Assembly (NCBI GenBank): GCA_964460615.1
Contig: CAYWPX010000009.1
Span: forward strand, 19,509 to 83,508
Length of the DNA: 64,000 nucleotides
Reading direction: 5' to 3'
Source of the DNA: an uncultured Planctomycetia bacterium
Lineage (GTDB): Bacteria; Omnitrophota; Gorgyraeia; CAYWPX01
Both the position numbers and the translations under genes were made by a program. The first letter of the stretch is position 1. Each line of letters starts with the position of its first letter. This document shows, in pieces, positions 54,896-64,000 of the stretch. The notes beneath the pieces are model-generated. The model did not search any database. It had not been told where the DNA came from and saw only the letters and a program-made list of their open reading frames with translations.

Positions 54896-56806
54896 ATGTT
54901 AAAATTTTTAAGAAACAAAAAGGTAATGAGAAGAGTTTTTTGGGGATTGGCCATCATCATAATACCTGCATTCACTCTCTGGGGCGTCGGTTCTATGGGT
55001 GACAAATCTGAAAGAAAAAGCAAAAATCTTACATACGCCGGTAAAATCTACAACAAAAAAATATCAATTAGAGATTACCAGGATGCTTACCGCGAAACCG
55101 AGATACAGGCAAAGCTGGCTTATGGCGATAAATTTAATGAGGTCCGAAAATTCTTAAATATAGGCGATCAGGCCTGGGATAGGATTCTTCTTCTGGATGA
55201 ATGCCAAAAAAATAAAATTTCTGTTTCGGATAAAGAGTTGTCTCAAAAGATCGCTTCTTTTAAATTCCTTGAAAGAAAAGGTAAATTTGACATTGAAGTT
55301 TATGAAAGGTTTTTGAAATATTTCTTACAGGTTAACGCCCCATTTTTTGAGAATACAATCCGAAACAGCATAAAGATAACAAAACTTCTTGATATGAAAA
55401 AACCGACCGGCGATATCAAAGAAGAAGAACTTAGAAAATTATATAAAGAAGAAAATGAAAAAGCAAAGATCTCCTATATCTTGTACGACACCAATTCTTT
55501 TAAGAACGATATAAAGATTACGGATGATGAGATAAGTAAATACTATGAATTTAACAAAGACGACTACAAAGTCCCGCCACAACTAAGCATAGATTATCTT
55601 GAGTTTAAATTCTCCGATTTTAATAAGGACATAAAGATCACGGATGATGATATTAAATACTATTATGATTCGCATTTAAATGAATTCAAAAAGCCCGAAG
55701 AGGTCCATGCCAGGCATATACTCGTAAAGACCGAAGCAGAAGCCAAAGAGATACTTGATACTATAAAAGCAAAGAAAAGAACTTTTGAAGACCTGGCCAA
55801 AGAGAAATCCGAGGATCCGGGATCTAAAAGCCAGGGCGGGGATCTGGGTTTTTTTGCTAAAGGCCAAATGGTCAAGGAATTTGAAGATGAATCATTCAGG
55901 CTGAAGCCCGGCGAGATTAGCGAACCCATAAAAACCAACTTTGGCTACCATATAATAAAGGTTGAAGAAAAAAAAGATGCATACACCGAAGACCTTAACA
56001 CCGTTAAAGAAAGGATCCGCGGCGAGATTTTAAACGAAAGATCAAGGGAATCGGCAATCAGTAAAGCCAATGAGGTCTCAAATAAGATACAGGAAAACCC
56101 TGATAATTTTGAAGAGGTCATAAAAGAGAACAAGCTGGAGCTTAAAACCGCCGGTCCCTTTTCCAAAGAAGGAGTAATACCCAATTTAGGATACAATCCC
56201 CTTATACAGGAAGAGGCCTTTAAAATGAATGTAGGTACTATAAGCAAGGTGTTAGCTCAAGACGATCCGAAAGCAGGCCAGGCAGCATATATAATAAGGC
56301 TAAAGGAAAAATTCAAACCCAGGATAAAAAACCTTAGCGAAGTAAAAGAAGAAATTAAAAATACGCTTGTTAATAAAAAAGCCAGCGAACTAGCTCACAA
56401 AAAAGCCAGCGATGACTATGAAGCGATCAAGATAATGCTTGAAGATAATAAGCAATTGGATAGTGTCTCTGATGTGCTGGATGTAGAAGTAAAAAAATCC
56501 AATGAGTTTACAAAAAACTCATTTGTTAACGGCCTTGGCATGGCCAGCGAAATATCAGGGGTGGTTTTTTCGCTTAAGGTAGGAGAGCTGTCCAAACCAT
56601 TTGATATAAAAAGAGGCACACTGATTATAACGCTTGATGAGCTTAGCGGCATAGATGAGAAAAAGTTTAAAGAGGAATCCGAAGAATTCAAAAAACGCCA
56701 GCTTCAGACCAGGGAAAATACATTCGTTGAAGATTACCTTAAAGAACTGCGCGGAAAATCTAAGATAGAAATGAATATTACTTCTTTGGAAGAATTATAT
56801 GAATAA
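54896..56806 (+). CDS. ppiD: periplasmic chaperone/peptidyl-prolyl isomerase PpiD-like (N-terminal TM anchor, parvulin domain)
   Basis: 636 aa. SurA-N-like region, parvulin signature HARHILVK...GGDLGFF...FGYHIIKV. Confidence 0.8.
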   Translation: MLKFLRNKKVMRRVFWGLAIIIIPAFTLWGVGSMGDKSERKSKNLTYAGKIYNKKISIRDYQDAYRETEIQAKLAYGDKFNEVRKFLNIGDQAWDRILLLDECQKNKISVSDKELSQKIASFKFLERKGKFDIEVYERFLKYFLQVNAPFFENTIRNSIKITKLLDMKKPTGDIKEEELRKLYKEENEKAKISYILYDTNSFKNDIKITDDEISKYYEFNKDDYKVPPQLSIDYLEFKFSDFNKDIKITDDDIKYYYDSHLNEFKKPEEVHARHILVKTEAEAKEILDTIKAKKRTFEDLAKEKSEDPGSKSQGGDLGFFAKGQMVKEFEDESFRLKPGEISEPIKTNFGYHIIKVEEKKDAYTEDLNTVKERIRGEILNERSRESAISKANEVSNKIQENPDNFEEVIKENKLELKTAGPFSKEGVIPNLGYNPLIQEEAFKMNVGTISKVLAQDDPKAGQAAYIIRLKEKFKPRIKNLSEVKEEIKNTLVNKKASELAHKKASDDYEAIKIMLEDNKQLDSVSDVLDVEVKKSNEFTKNSFVNGLGMASEISGVVFSLKVGELSKPFDIKRGTLIITLDELSGIDEKKFKEESEEFKKRQLQTRENTFVEDYLKELRGKSKIEMNITSLEELYE

Positions 56807-56833
56807 ATTTTAAAATAAGGACCTGAGCTATAT

Positions 56834-56867
56834 AAAAAAAGACGCCTTTATAGAGGCGTCTTTTTTT
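56834..56867. terminator. bidirectional rho-independent terminator between convergent ppiD-like and DUF1189-like genes
   Basis: aaaaaaa-gacgccttta-tagaggcgtc-ttttttt. Confidence 0.8.
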
Positions 56868-56890
56868 ATTAAATATTCTAGGCTGTGTGA

Positions 56891-57664
56891 CTAGGAGGCG
56901 GACATTTCAGATTTGGTATTGGTTATTCCCATAATAATATAGATCATATAAACACCGCAATAAATAATCCAGAAAAATGGAATATACAATTTGAATATTG
57001 TATTTATTACTCCTAATATTATGCTCGGAGTTAAGGCATAAATACCTATATTAAAAAGATTTTTGTACTTAAGATTTGCTCCGACCGAAACATTCATTAT
57101 TAAAGAAAAAAGGCTGACAAGAAAGACTTGAAAAAATTTAGCAACCATTGCTCCGATGTATACCCCTATAAACATAATCAGACATGCTAAAACAAAAAGC
57201 ACATCCTTTAACCTAGTAAAAATAGTTTTGTCTACAACTAAGTGTTCCGTTCTTGAAAGATCATAAGTATTTACCTGCCCGGATTTATCTTTATAATAGA
57301 GCTTATCTTTTGTAAATAATAATCCCCAATCCCCTTCGACTGAACTGGTTTTCCCCGTGGTATCAATACCAAAGGTAAAGCCGTATCTTTGGGTTTGAAA
57401 AGGCTGTGGCTTGTCAAAAACAACCTTCCCTTTTTGGATTTCAATTTTTCCGATAGTCTGATCATACCACTTAATAGAATTATCTATAAATTGGCTAAAA
57501 TCAACACTGTACCTGACTATTAGTAAAAGCGCTACACATAAAATAAGCACAGAAAGATAACCGATGCTCTTTGAAACGGGCTGATTAGATATCTCTTTAT
57601 AAAAACCGAAATTTACGATTGATTTATAAATACTATTAAAAAAACCGATCTTGGCCTGCGACAT
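56891..57664 (-). CDS. polytopic membrane protein (DUF1189-like)
   Basis: 257 aa. Two TM clusters separated by a soluble ~110-aa domain. Confidence 0.4.
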   Translation of the reverse strand: MSQAKIGFFNSIYKSIVNFGFYKEISNQPVSKSIGYLSVLILCVALLLIVRYSVDFSQFIDNSIKWYDQTIGKIEIQKGKVVFDKPQPFQTQRYGFTFGIDTTGKTSSVEGDWGLLFTKDKLYYKDKSGQVNTYDLSRTEHLVVDKTIFTRLKDVLFVLACLIMFIGVYIGAMVAKFFQVFLVSLFSLIMNVSVGANLKYKNLFNIGIYALTPSIILGVINTIFKLYIPFFWIIYCGVYMIYIIMGITNTKSEMSAS

Positions 57665-57679
57665 GTTTCCCTCCTGAAA

Positions 57680-58129
57680 TTAAGTAAGAAGATCCTTTAA
57701 TTCTCTCATGAATTGATTTATATCTTTAAACTGCCTGTATACGGATGCAAACCTGACATAAGCAATCTCATCCAGGTCTGCCAAAGACTTCATAATAAGC
57801 TCCCCTATCGCCTCACTGGGAACTTCCCTGTCATAATTCTTCTGCAAGGCCCTCTCCAGCGAATCAACGAGTTTTTCGATCTTTTCTACGCTGACAGGCC
57901 TCTTTTCGCAGGCCTTCATAAGCCCTGAAACTATTTTATTTCTATCATAAGGTTCACGCCTGCCGTCTTTTTTTATGACCATCAGAGAAACTTTTTCGAC
58001 ATATTCATAAGTGGTAAAACGTTTTTTGCACTTGAGGCATTCCCGTCTGCGACGGATACTGGTATCAGAGGAATTTGACCTTGAATCTACAACCTTATCC
58101 CTACCGGATCCGCAAAAAGGACATTTCAT
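57680..58129 (-). CDS. nrdR: transcriptional repressor NrdR
   Basis: 149 aa. N-terminal CPFC...CLKC zinc ribbon + ATP-cone. Confidence 0.95.
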   Translation of the reverse strand: MKCPFCGSGRDKVVDSRSNSSDTSIRRRRECLKCKKRFTTYEYVEKVSLMVIKKDGRREPYDRNKIVSGLMKACEKRPVSVEKIEKLVDSLERALQKNYDREVPSEAIGELIMKSLADLDEIAYVRFASVYRQFKDINQFMRELKDLLT

Positions 58130-58149
58130 AGGCTATCGTCTCTTTTCTT

Positions 58150-58617
58150 TTATTTCAATACTCTTACTTTTATTCCTGCTTCGTCAAGAAATTCTTCAGC
58201 CATGCTGTCAGGGTAGCAATCCTGGATAATGATCTCTTTTATACCGGCATTTATCAACATCTTTGCGCATATTATACATGGCTGGTTAGTACAATAGATA
58301 ACGGAATCCTTTAAGCTAACACCGTATAAAGACGCCTGAAGCAAAGCATTCTGTTCAGCATGCAGCCCTCTGCACAGCTCATGGCGCTCGCCTGAAGGGA
58401 TTTTTAGCTTAGTCCTGATACATCCAACCTCAGAACAGTGCTTTATATTGGTAGGAGCCCCATTATACCCGGTAGATAAGAGTCTTCTGTCTTTTACTAT
58501 AACTGCTCCGACCTTGCGTCTTAAACATGTAGAACGGCTAGATACAAGTTTTGCTATCTCAAGAAAATATTGGTCCCAACTGGGCCTGGTATCCGAATGT
58601 TTTTTAGGCATTTTCAA
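58150..58617 (-). CDS. dCMP deaminase (ComEB-like cytidine/deoxycytidylate deaminase)
   Basis: 155 aa. HAEQNAL and PCIICAKML zinc-binding motifs. Confidence 0.9.
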   Translation of the reverse strand: MKMPKKHSDTRPSWDQYFLEIAKLVSSRSTCLRRKVGAVIVKDRRLLSTGYNGAPTNIKHCSEVGCIRTKLKIPSGERHELCRGLHAEQNALLQASLYGVSLKDSVIYCTNQPCIICAKMLINAGIKEIIIQDCYPDSMAEEFLDEAGIKVRVLK

Positions 58618-59929
58618 TTTCCTTTATCAGTTCCTTATAAAGCGGAAATTTATCAGTAAGCTTGTTTATTTCATCTTTTACAAATTCTATTGTGCTTCCA
58701 TCGCTGGGCCTCGTGATAACGGCATCAATTAAGCCCGCTATTTTTTCCATCTCAGCTTCTTTCATACCGCGGCTGGTAACAGCAGGAACACCTATTCTTA
58801 TACCGCTAGTAACAAACGCGCCCCTTTTATCAAAAGGTATAAGGTTCTTATTAACGGTGATACTCGCTATATCAAGCGCCGTTGCAGCGTCACGGCCGGT
58901 AATCCCTTTTTCTGTAAGGTCGACCAGCATAAGATGGTTATCCGTCCCGCCCGAGACTATCCTGTATCCGTGGGATTGCAGGGCAGATGAAAGAGTCTTA
59001 GCATTTTTGATGATCTGCTTCTGGTAGTTTTTGAATTCATTTGTCATAGCCTCTTTAAAACATACCGCTTTTGCGGCGATCACGTGCATCAAAGGCCCGC
59101 CCTGAATACCAGGAAAAATCTCAGAATCTATTTTTTTTGCATATTCCTTTTTAGAAAGTATCATTCCGGCTCTCGGGCCTCTCAGGGTCTTATGAGTAGT
59201 AGTTGTAACAAAATGCGCATACTCGACCGGGTTTGGATGAAGGCCCGCGGCTACCAACCCTGCAAAATGCGCCATATCGACAAATAGATACGCGCCGGAC
59301 TTATCACAGATCTTTCTCAATTTCTCAAAGTCTATTACCCTTGGATAAGCGCTTGCGCCTGCAAGGATCATTTTTGGATGATGCTCTTTGGCTAGGTCGG
59401 CGATCTCATCATAATCCAGGCATTCGTCCTTCCTTGAAACACCGTAAGAAATAACATTAAAATATCTTCCTGAAAAATTATGGCTGTGCCCGTGCGTCAG
59501 ATGCCCCCCGCACGCAAGATCCATAGCCAAAACCGTATCTCCGATACTAAGCATGGCAAAATATACGGCCATATTGGCTGTCGAACCGGAATGAGGCTGG
59601 ACATTGGCATGTTCTGCGCCAAAAAGTTTTTTGGCGCGTTCTATAGCAAGCGTCTCTATCTCATCTACATATTCGCATCCATTATACCAACGCGCTTTGG
59701 GATACCCTTCGGCATATTTATTAGTTAATGATGAACCTTGGGCTTCAAGAATAGCTTCGGAAACAAAATTTTCACTGGCAATAAGCTCAATCTTTGCATT
59801 TTGTCTTTTTGTCTCTTCTAAAATCAAACTAAAAACTTCCGGATCTGTTGCTTTAAGTCGACGCATCCTAGTTCGCTCCTTTAAAATTATCCCAGATTTT
59901 GAAATTAAATCTTTTGTCTGTAGTTCCAT
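58604..59929 (-). CDS. glyA: serine hydroxymethyltransferase
   Basis: 441 aa. PLP site [12 protein letters not shown]. Confidence 0.95.
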   Translation of the reverse strand: MELQTKDLISKSGIILKERTRMRRLKATDPEVFSLILEETKRQNAKIELIASENFVSEAILEAQGSSLTNKYAEGYPKARWYNGCEYVDEIETLAIERAKKLFGAEHANVQPHSGSTANMAVYFAMLSIGDTVLAMDLACGGHLTHGHSHNFSGRYFNVISYGVSRKDECLDYDEIADLAKEHHPKMILAGASAYPRVIDFEKLRKICDKSGAYLFVDMAHFAGLVAAGLHPNPVEYAHFVTTTTHKTLRGPRAGMILSKKEYAKKIDSEIFPGIQGGPLMHVIAAKAVCFKEAMTNEFKNYQKQIIKNAKTLSSALQSHGYRIVSGGTDNHLMLVDLTEKGITGRDAATALDIASITVNKNLIPFDKRGAFVTSGIRIGVPAVTSRGMKEAEMEKIAGLIDAVITRPSDGSTIEFVKDEINKLTDKFPLYKELIKEIENA

Positions 59930-60006
59930 TTATTTGATTGATATATTAAATTAGAGCTCTAAATTATTTTACTTTTGGTAGTAATGTTTTTTCTTTAGCT
60001 ATGAGC

Positions 60007-60026
60007 CCTGCCTGCCGGCAGGCAGG
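60007..60026. repeat. 20-bp perfect palindrome CCTGCCTGCCGGCAGGCAGG flanked by TATGAGC direct repeats (glyA-rpiB intergenic)
   Basis: gctatgagc|PAL|tatgagctat. Confidence 0.9.
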
Positions 60027-60037
60027 TATGAGCTATT

Positions 60038-60487
60038 TTATTTAAACTCTTTTCTTTCAATATCTTCTATCTGGCTAACTCTTTTTTTATGCCTATCCTC
60101 GGATATATTTGCTTCTAGCCATACATCAACACATTTTTGTGCTTCCTCTAAAGTTATAAAATTCGCTCCAAAAACAATTACATTGCAGTCATTATGTTCT
60201 CGCATTGATCTGGCAACCTCTTCAAATTGGCAAACTGAGGCCCTTATACCCTTAACCTTATTGGCAACTATCGAAAACCCGACTCCGGTTTTGCAGATAA
60301 GAATACCTCTTTCGCATTTACCGTTAGAAACGGCCTTCCCGACCTCGTATCCTATAGGCGGGTAATCACAGCTAAGAGTATTTTTTGTGCCGAAATCCAT
60401 CACATCAATTTTTTTTGATTTAAGATATTCTACCAGTTTTTCCTTAAGCTCAAATCCGCCATGATCGGCTCCGATTGCAATGCGCAT
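60038..60487 (-). CDS. rpiB: ribose-5-phosphate isomerase B
   Basis: Start taken at MRIAIGADHGGF (AAGGAG RBS 7 nt upstream) rather than the longer ORF-track start. RpiB/LacAB family. Confidence 0.9.
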   Translation of the reverse strand: MRIAIGADHGGFELKEKLVEYLKSKKIDVMDFGTKNTLSCDYPPIGYEVGKAVSNGKCERGILICKTGVGFSIVANKVKGIRASVCQFEEVARSMREHNDCNVIVFGANFITLEEAQKCVDVWLEANISEDRHKKRVSQIEDIERKEFK

Positions 60488-60544
60488 CAAAAACTCCTTA
60501 ATATTTTTATGAGGACAACTTTTTTTAAATTTTCTTAGGGTCAA

Positions 60545-61027
60545 TTAGATCTTTATTATTGCAACCAGCTTATCTATATAAGATTTTATCTGGTCAAAAA
60601 TTTTTTTATAAAATTCTACCGAGTGCCCTATCGGATCAGGGATCTCATGAATATTATCTGAAGCAGTTGAAACATATTCGCCGAAAAGATAGACCTTATC
60701 TTTTGTCTCAGGGTAATTCTCCAAGATCTGCATCTTATGCAGATTTGACATAGTAAGGATCAGATCGGCCTTAGATACCAGCTCTTTTGTCAATTCGCTC
60801 GATTTTTCTTTCGAAACATCTATGCCATGCTCTTTCATTACTTCAATAGTCTCTTCAGTGGGAGATAGCCCGTCTACAGCAAGAGTTCCGGCAGAAAGAA
60901 CCTTTATATCCTTTAAACCTGCCTGTGTTAATTCTTTTGATAAGATCCCCTTAGCCATTACGCTTCTGCAGGTATTACCCGTACAGACAAATAAAATTGA
61001 TTTAGGACGTATTTTTTTATGGCTCAT
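60545..61027 (-). CDS. low-molecular-weight protein-tyrosine phosphatase
   Basis: 160 aa. CTGNTCRS P-loop; DP motif near the C-terminus. Confidence 0.9.
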   Translation of the reverse strand: MSHKKIRPKSILFVCTGNTCRSVMAKGILSKELTQAGLKDIKVLSAGTLAVDGLSPTEETIEVMKEHGIDVSKEKSSELTKELVSKADLILTMSNLHKMQILENYPETKDKVYLFGEYVSTASDNIHEIPDPIGHSVEFYKKIFDQIKSYIDKLVAIIKI

Positions 61028-61034
61028 AATGTTA

Positions 61035-61652
61035 TTATGCTCTGGAGCAAATTTCAGCGACCTCGTGCTTTGAAATTGCTCCCTCCCTTAAAATCTTATA
61101 ATCATCAAAAGTAAAGTCCACAACCGTTGATTCTACCCCAAGCTCTGCTTGACCGGCATCTAAAACTACATCTACCTTATCGCCTAAATCCCGTATGGCC
61201 GTTATAGCATCGGTTGGCGGAACCTTGCCTGATAAGTTTGCACTCGGCGCAACGACAGGAACGCCTGATCCTTCAATAAGCTTTAATGCCACATTATGCT
61301 TTGGCATCCTGAACCCGATACTCTCATCGCCTGAGCTTTTAAGCACCACAGTAAGAGGGCCCGGCCAAAATTTTTCTATAAGTCTATCGGCACTAGGCGG
61401 GATGCTGCATCCTAAATGCTTGATCATCCCCAGATCAGAAATATGTACAGTGAGTTTTTTGCTCACAGGCCTTTTTTTAATTTCATAGATTCTTTTTATA
61501 GCAAAATCATCTAGATAATTTGCTCCTAAACCATACACAGTTTCCGTAGGAAAAATAACTAAGCCGCCGTTTCTTATTACCAAGGCTGCAGTTCTAATAA
61601 TCTTATCGTCAGGAAATTCAGGGTCCAGCTTAAAAACCTTTGCACTAGGCAT
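61035..61652 (-). CDS. tsaC: L-threonylcarbamoyladenylate synthase (TsaC/YrdC/Sua5 family)
   Basis: 205 aa. YrdC fold (FPTETVYGLGA, PSAN). Confidence 0.9.
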   Translation of the reverse strand: MPSAKVFKLDPEFPDDKIIRTAALVIRNGGLVIFPTETVYGLGANYLDDFAIKRIYEIKKRPVSKKLTVHISDLGMIKHLGCSIPPSADRLIEKFWPGPLTVVLKSSGDESIGFRMPKHNVALKLIEGSGVPVVAPSANLSGKVPPTDAITAIRDLGDKVDVVLDAGQAELGVESTVVDFTFDDYKILREGAISKHEVAEICSRA

Positions 61653-61656
61653 AATA

Positions 61657-62163
61657 TTATTTGTTTCTTTCTTTCAAAGACCTATTTTTTTCTTTTACAG
61701 AATCCGCCAGAGACTTTTTATAGGATTCAAGCTTGTTTTCCAAGATCTGATTTGATAAAGCAAGAATCTGAGCGGCCAAGATCCCCGCATTTTTAGCTCC
61801 GGCTTTCCCAATAGCCATTGTCGCCACAGGTATCCCTCCGGGCATCTGGACTATTGAAAATAAAGAGTCAAGGCCTTTCAGGGATCCTGATTCCATTGGC
61901 ACGCCAATAACAGGAAGAGTCGTAAGAGATGCCACTACTCCCGCCAGATGGGCGGCCCCTCCGGCACCGGCAATAATGACCTGTACACCTTTTAACTTTG
62001 CCGTTTTAGCGAATTCAGCTGTTTCATTCGGAGATCTGTGGGCGGAAAGAATGCTTATTTCATAGGGCACAGAAAATTCTTCTAATATTTTCGAAGCCTC
62101 TTCCATTACCTCCAGGTCCGAATCACTTCCCATTATGATACTTACTAAAGGTCTTTTTTTCAT
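61657..62163 (-). CDS. purE: N5-carboxyaminoimidazole ribonucleotide mutase
   Basis: 168 aa. IMGSDSD and AGGAAHL motifs. Confidence 0.95.
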   Translation of the reverse strand: MKKRPLVSIIMGSDSDLEVMEEASKILEEFSVPYEISILSAHRSPNETAEFAKTAKLKGVQVIIAGAGGAAHLAGVVASLTTLPVIGVPMESGSLKGLDSLFSIVQMPGGIPVATMAIGKAGAKNAGILAAQILALSNQILENKLESYKKSLADSVKEKNRSLKERNK

Positions 62164-62180
62164 ATTCTCTTCTCTTATTT

Positions 62181-63464
62181 TTAGCTATGAGCTAGTTTCA
62201 ATCCTTTTTTCCCGATATCAGTCCTGTAATGCATATTTTCAAAACGAATGAGCCCGCAAGCTTTGTAACAATTTTTTATAGCTTGGGCTAGCGTATCGCC
62301 AAAAGCTGTGACATTTAAAACTCTTCCGCCGTTAGTTACAGCTGATCCTGTTTTATCCAATTTTGTCCCGGCGTGGAACACCATAACATCCTTAAGCTTA
62401 AGTGCTTCCTCAAGGCCTTCGATGGCTTTGCCTGTCTCATATTGCCCGGGGTAGCCTCCTGAAGCAAGCACTACTGTAACCGAGGGCCTTTTATCCCAAA
62501 TAAGCGCTTTATTCTCAAGTTTTCCGTCAATACTGTTCAAGATCGCTTCCACAAAATCGCTTTTTAAGCGCGGTAACACAGCCTGGGTTTCAGGGTCGCC
62601 CAGCCTGACATTAAACTCAAGAACCTTAGGCCCGGAAGTCGTCACCATAATTCCGGCATAAAGGATGCCTTTATAAAATTTATTCTCTTTAGACAATCCT
62701 TCCATCATAGGCTTTACGACCGAATTTTCTATCTCTTTAAAAAGGTTCCTATCAATAATGGGTGCCGGTGAATACGCGCCCATGCCTCCCGTATTAGGCC
62801 CTAGATCGTTATCAAAAATCCTCTTATGGTCCTGGCTGGAGTCTAACATTATATAATTTTTACCGTCACAAAGAACCAGTATCGAAGCCTCTTCGCCGAC
62901 AAGCATCTCTTCGATGATCACTTTATCGCTATTTGAGCCAAAGATCTTTTTTACCATCATATCGTTAATAGCTGCTTCAGCCTCTGCATAATTTTTAGCT
63001 ATAACAACTCCCTTGCCGGCACAAAGGCCGTCAGCCTTTACAACAAGAGGAAATTTTGATGTCTTAAGATAATTTTTCGCAGCTTCAGCTTTGTCAAAAA
63101 CTTCAAAAGAAGCCGTAGGGATGTTGAATTTCCTCATCATCTCCTTGGCAAAAAGTTTACTCCCCTCAAGATTAGCCAGTTCTTTAGTAGGGCCGAAAAT
63201 CTTAAGATTATTTTTATTGAATAGGTCCACTATCCCGAGGACCAGGGGGGTCTCGGGGCCCACTATAGTAAGGTCTATTGAATTATTTTTGGCAAATGTT
63301 AAAAGCCCATCTATGTTATCGGCTTTTATATCAATGCATTTGGCTACTTTGCACATCCCGCCATTGCCCGGAGCTGCGAAGATCATATCCACCGATTTGC
63401 TCTTACTGACCTGATCGCATATTGCATGTTCTCTGCCGCCGGAACCGATAACTAATACTTTCAT
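62181..63464 (-). CDS. purD: phosphoribosylamine--glycine ligase
   Basis: 427 aa. ATP-grasp, full-length PurD similarity. Confidence 0.95.
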   Translation of the reverse strand: MKVLVIGSGGREHAICDQVSKSKSVDMIFAAPGNGGMCKVAKCIDIKADNIDGLLTFAKNNSIDLTIVGPETPLVLGIVDLFNKNNLKIFGPTKELANLEGSKLFAKEMMRKFNIPTASFEVFDKAEAAKNYLKTSKFPLVVKADGLCAGKGVVIAKNYAEAEAAINDMMVKKIFGSNSDKVIIEEMLVGEEASILVLCDGKNYIMLDSSQDHKRIFDNDLGPNTGGMGAYSPAPIIDRNLFKEIENSVVKPMMEGLSKENKFYKGILYAGIMVTTSGPKVLEFNVRLGDPETQAVLPRLKSDFVEAILNSIDGKLENKALIWDKRPSVTVVLASGGYPGQYETGKAIEGLEEALKLKDVMVFHAGTKLDKTGSAVTNGGRVLNVTAFGDTLAQAIKNCYKACGLIRFENMHYRTDIGKKGLKLAHS

Positions 63465-64000
63465 ATGATTAAACTTTTTTTACCTTTTACGACTTTACCG
63501 ATAACATAATTTTCTATCGATAGTCCGTTTAAAGTTTTAGAAACCTCGCCGACAAATTTCGGATCAATTATTAAGGCCATACCGATCCCCATATTAAATG
63601 TCCTGTACATGTCAGTTTCGGGGACGCAACCGGTTTTTTGGATAACACGAAAAATCTGAGGAACCTCCCATGAAGTTTTATCTACCGCTACGCTCAATCC
63701 CTTACCCTTCGGAAGCACTCTCGGAAGTTTATCGTAAAAAGCTCCTCCGGTTATATGAGAAATACCTTTAATGGCTTTGGTCTTTGAATTCAATTTTTCC
63801 AATAAACATAGAACCGGCTTAACATAAATCTTTGTAGGTTTAATAAGTGCCGTCCCAAACTTTTTAAGGCCCCTTTCGCCCAAAACTTTTCTGGCTAAAG
63901 AATATCCGTTTGAATGTAGCCCGGATGAAGCCAGGCCTATAATTATGTCATTGGGCCTAATATCCTTACCATCTACCAGTTTATTTTTGTCAACAACCCC
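63461..64000 (-). CDS. purM: phosphoribosylformylglycinamidine cyclo-ligase (5' end outside window)
   Basis: C-terminal PurM domain (HITGGAF...FNMGIGMALI). ORF is open to the window end. Confidence 0.9.
   Translation of the reverse strand, partial: GVVDKNKLVDGKDIRPNDIIIGLASSGLHSNGYSLARKVLGERGLKKFGTALIKPTKIYVKPVLCLLEKLNSKTKAIKGISHITGGAFYDKLPRVLPKGKGLSVAVDKTSWEVPQIFRVIQKTGCVPETDMYRTFNMGIGMALIIDPKFVGEVSKTLNGLSIENYVIGKVVKGKKSLII

Noticed and set aside
60488-60544. N-terminal 19-aa extension of rpiB in the ORF track
   Set aside because: The AAGGAG RBS sits in front of the internal Met (MRIAIGADHGG), which is where RpiB homologues begin.

Overview
The window is an AT-rich bacterial chromosomal segment, apparently from a diderm (lpxB/lpxI/lpxC-fabZ/lpxD/skp/bamA are present). 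Almost all genes are on the minus strand. About two thirds is recognisable housekeeping: ptsN, serS, rtcB plus archease, frr-pyrH-tsf-rpsB, an MsbA-like ABC exporter, the lipid A/outer-membrane cluster, dnaB, rplI-rpsR-ssb-rpsF, pth-rplY-prs-glmU, clpX, spoVG-ispE, a split transketolase, hisG, rubrerythrin, a PpiD-like chaperone, nrdR, dCMP deaminase, glyA, rpiB, tsaC and purE-purD-purM. Several parts are not ordinary:
- At 15.2-22.8 kb a tightly packed minus-strand operon encodes three consecutive proteins that each begin with a response-regulator receiver (REC) domain fused to an unusual output. The outputs are a YvcK/CofD-like domain, an NAD-dependent sugar-nucleotide epimerase/dehydratase, and a Cys-rich domain plus a degenerate GGDEF domain. 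The operon ends in a synthase-dependent tripartite exopolysaccharide module: an HlyD-like adaptor, a processive family-2 glycosyltransferase and a TolC-like channel.
- Eight tRNA genes are present (Gly-GCC, Leu-TAG, Lys-CTT, Arg-TCG, Ser-GGA, Ser-TGA, Lys-TTT, Gln-TTG). Four of them (Lys-CTT, Arg-TCG, Lys-TTT, Gln-TTG) carry direct duplicates of their 3' terminal 17-23 nt in nearby repeats, which look like att-site scars or tandem duplications.
- A pseudo-tRNA-Arg fragment carries an inserted palindromic element. A perfect 20-bp palindrome CCTGCCTGCCGGCAGGCAGG, flanked by TATGAGC, is dispersed in intergenic regions as a REP/MITE-like family.
- Two tRNA-Ser genes lie in a tandemly duplicated unit next to serS, rtcB/archease and a GIY-YIG gene.
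- Other candidates: a 36-aa peptide with 11 Cys and a strong ribosome-binding site, a SpoVG carrying an inserted C4 zinc ribbon, a HEPN/MNT-like pair beside clpX, and a tandem 175-bp repeat upstream of tRNA-Lys(TTT).
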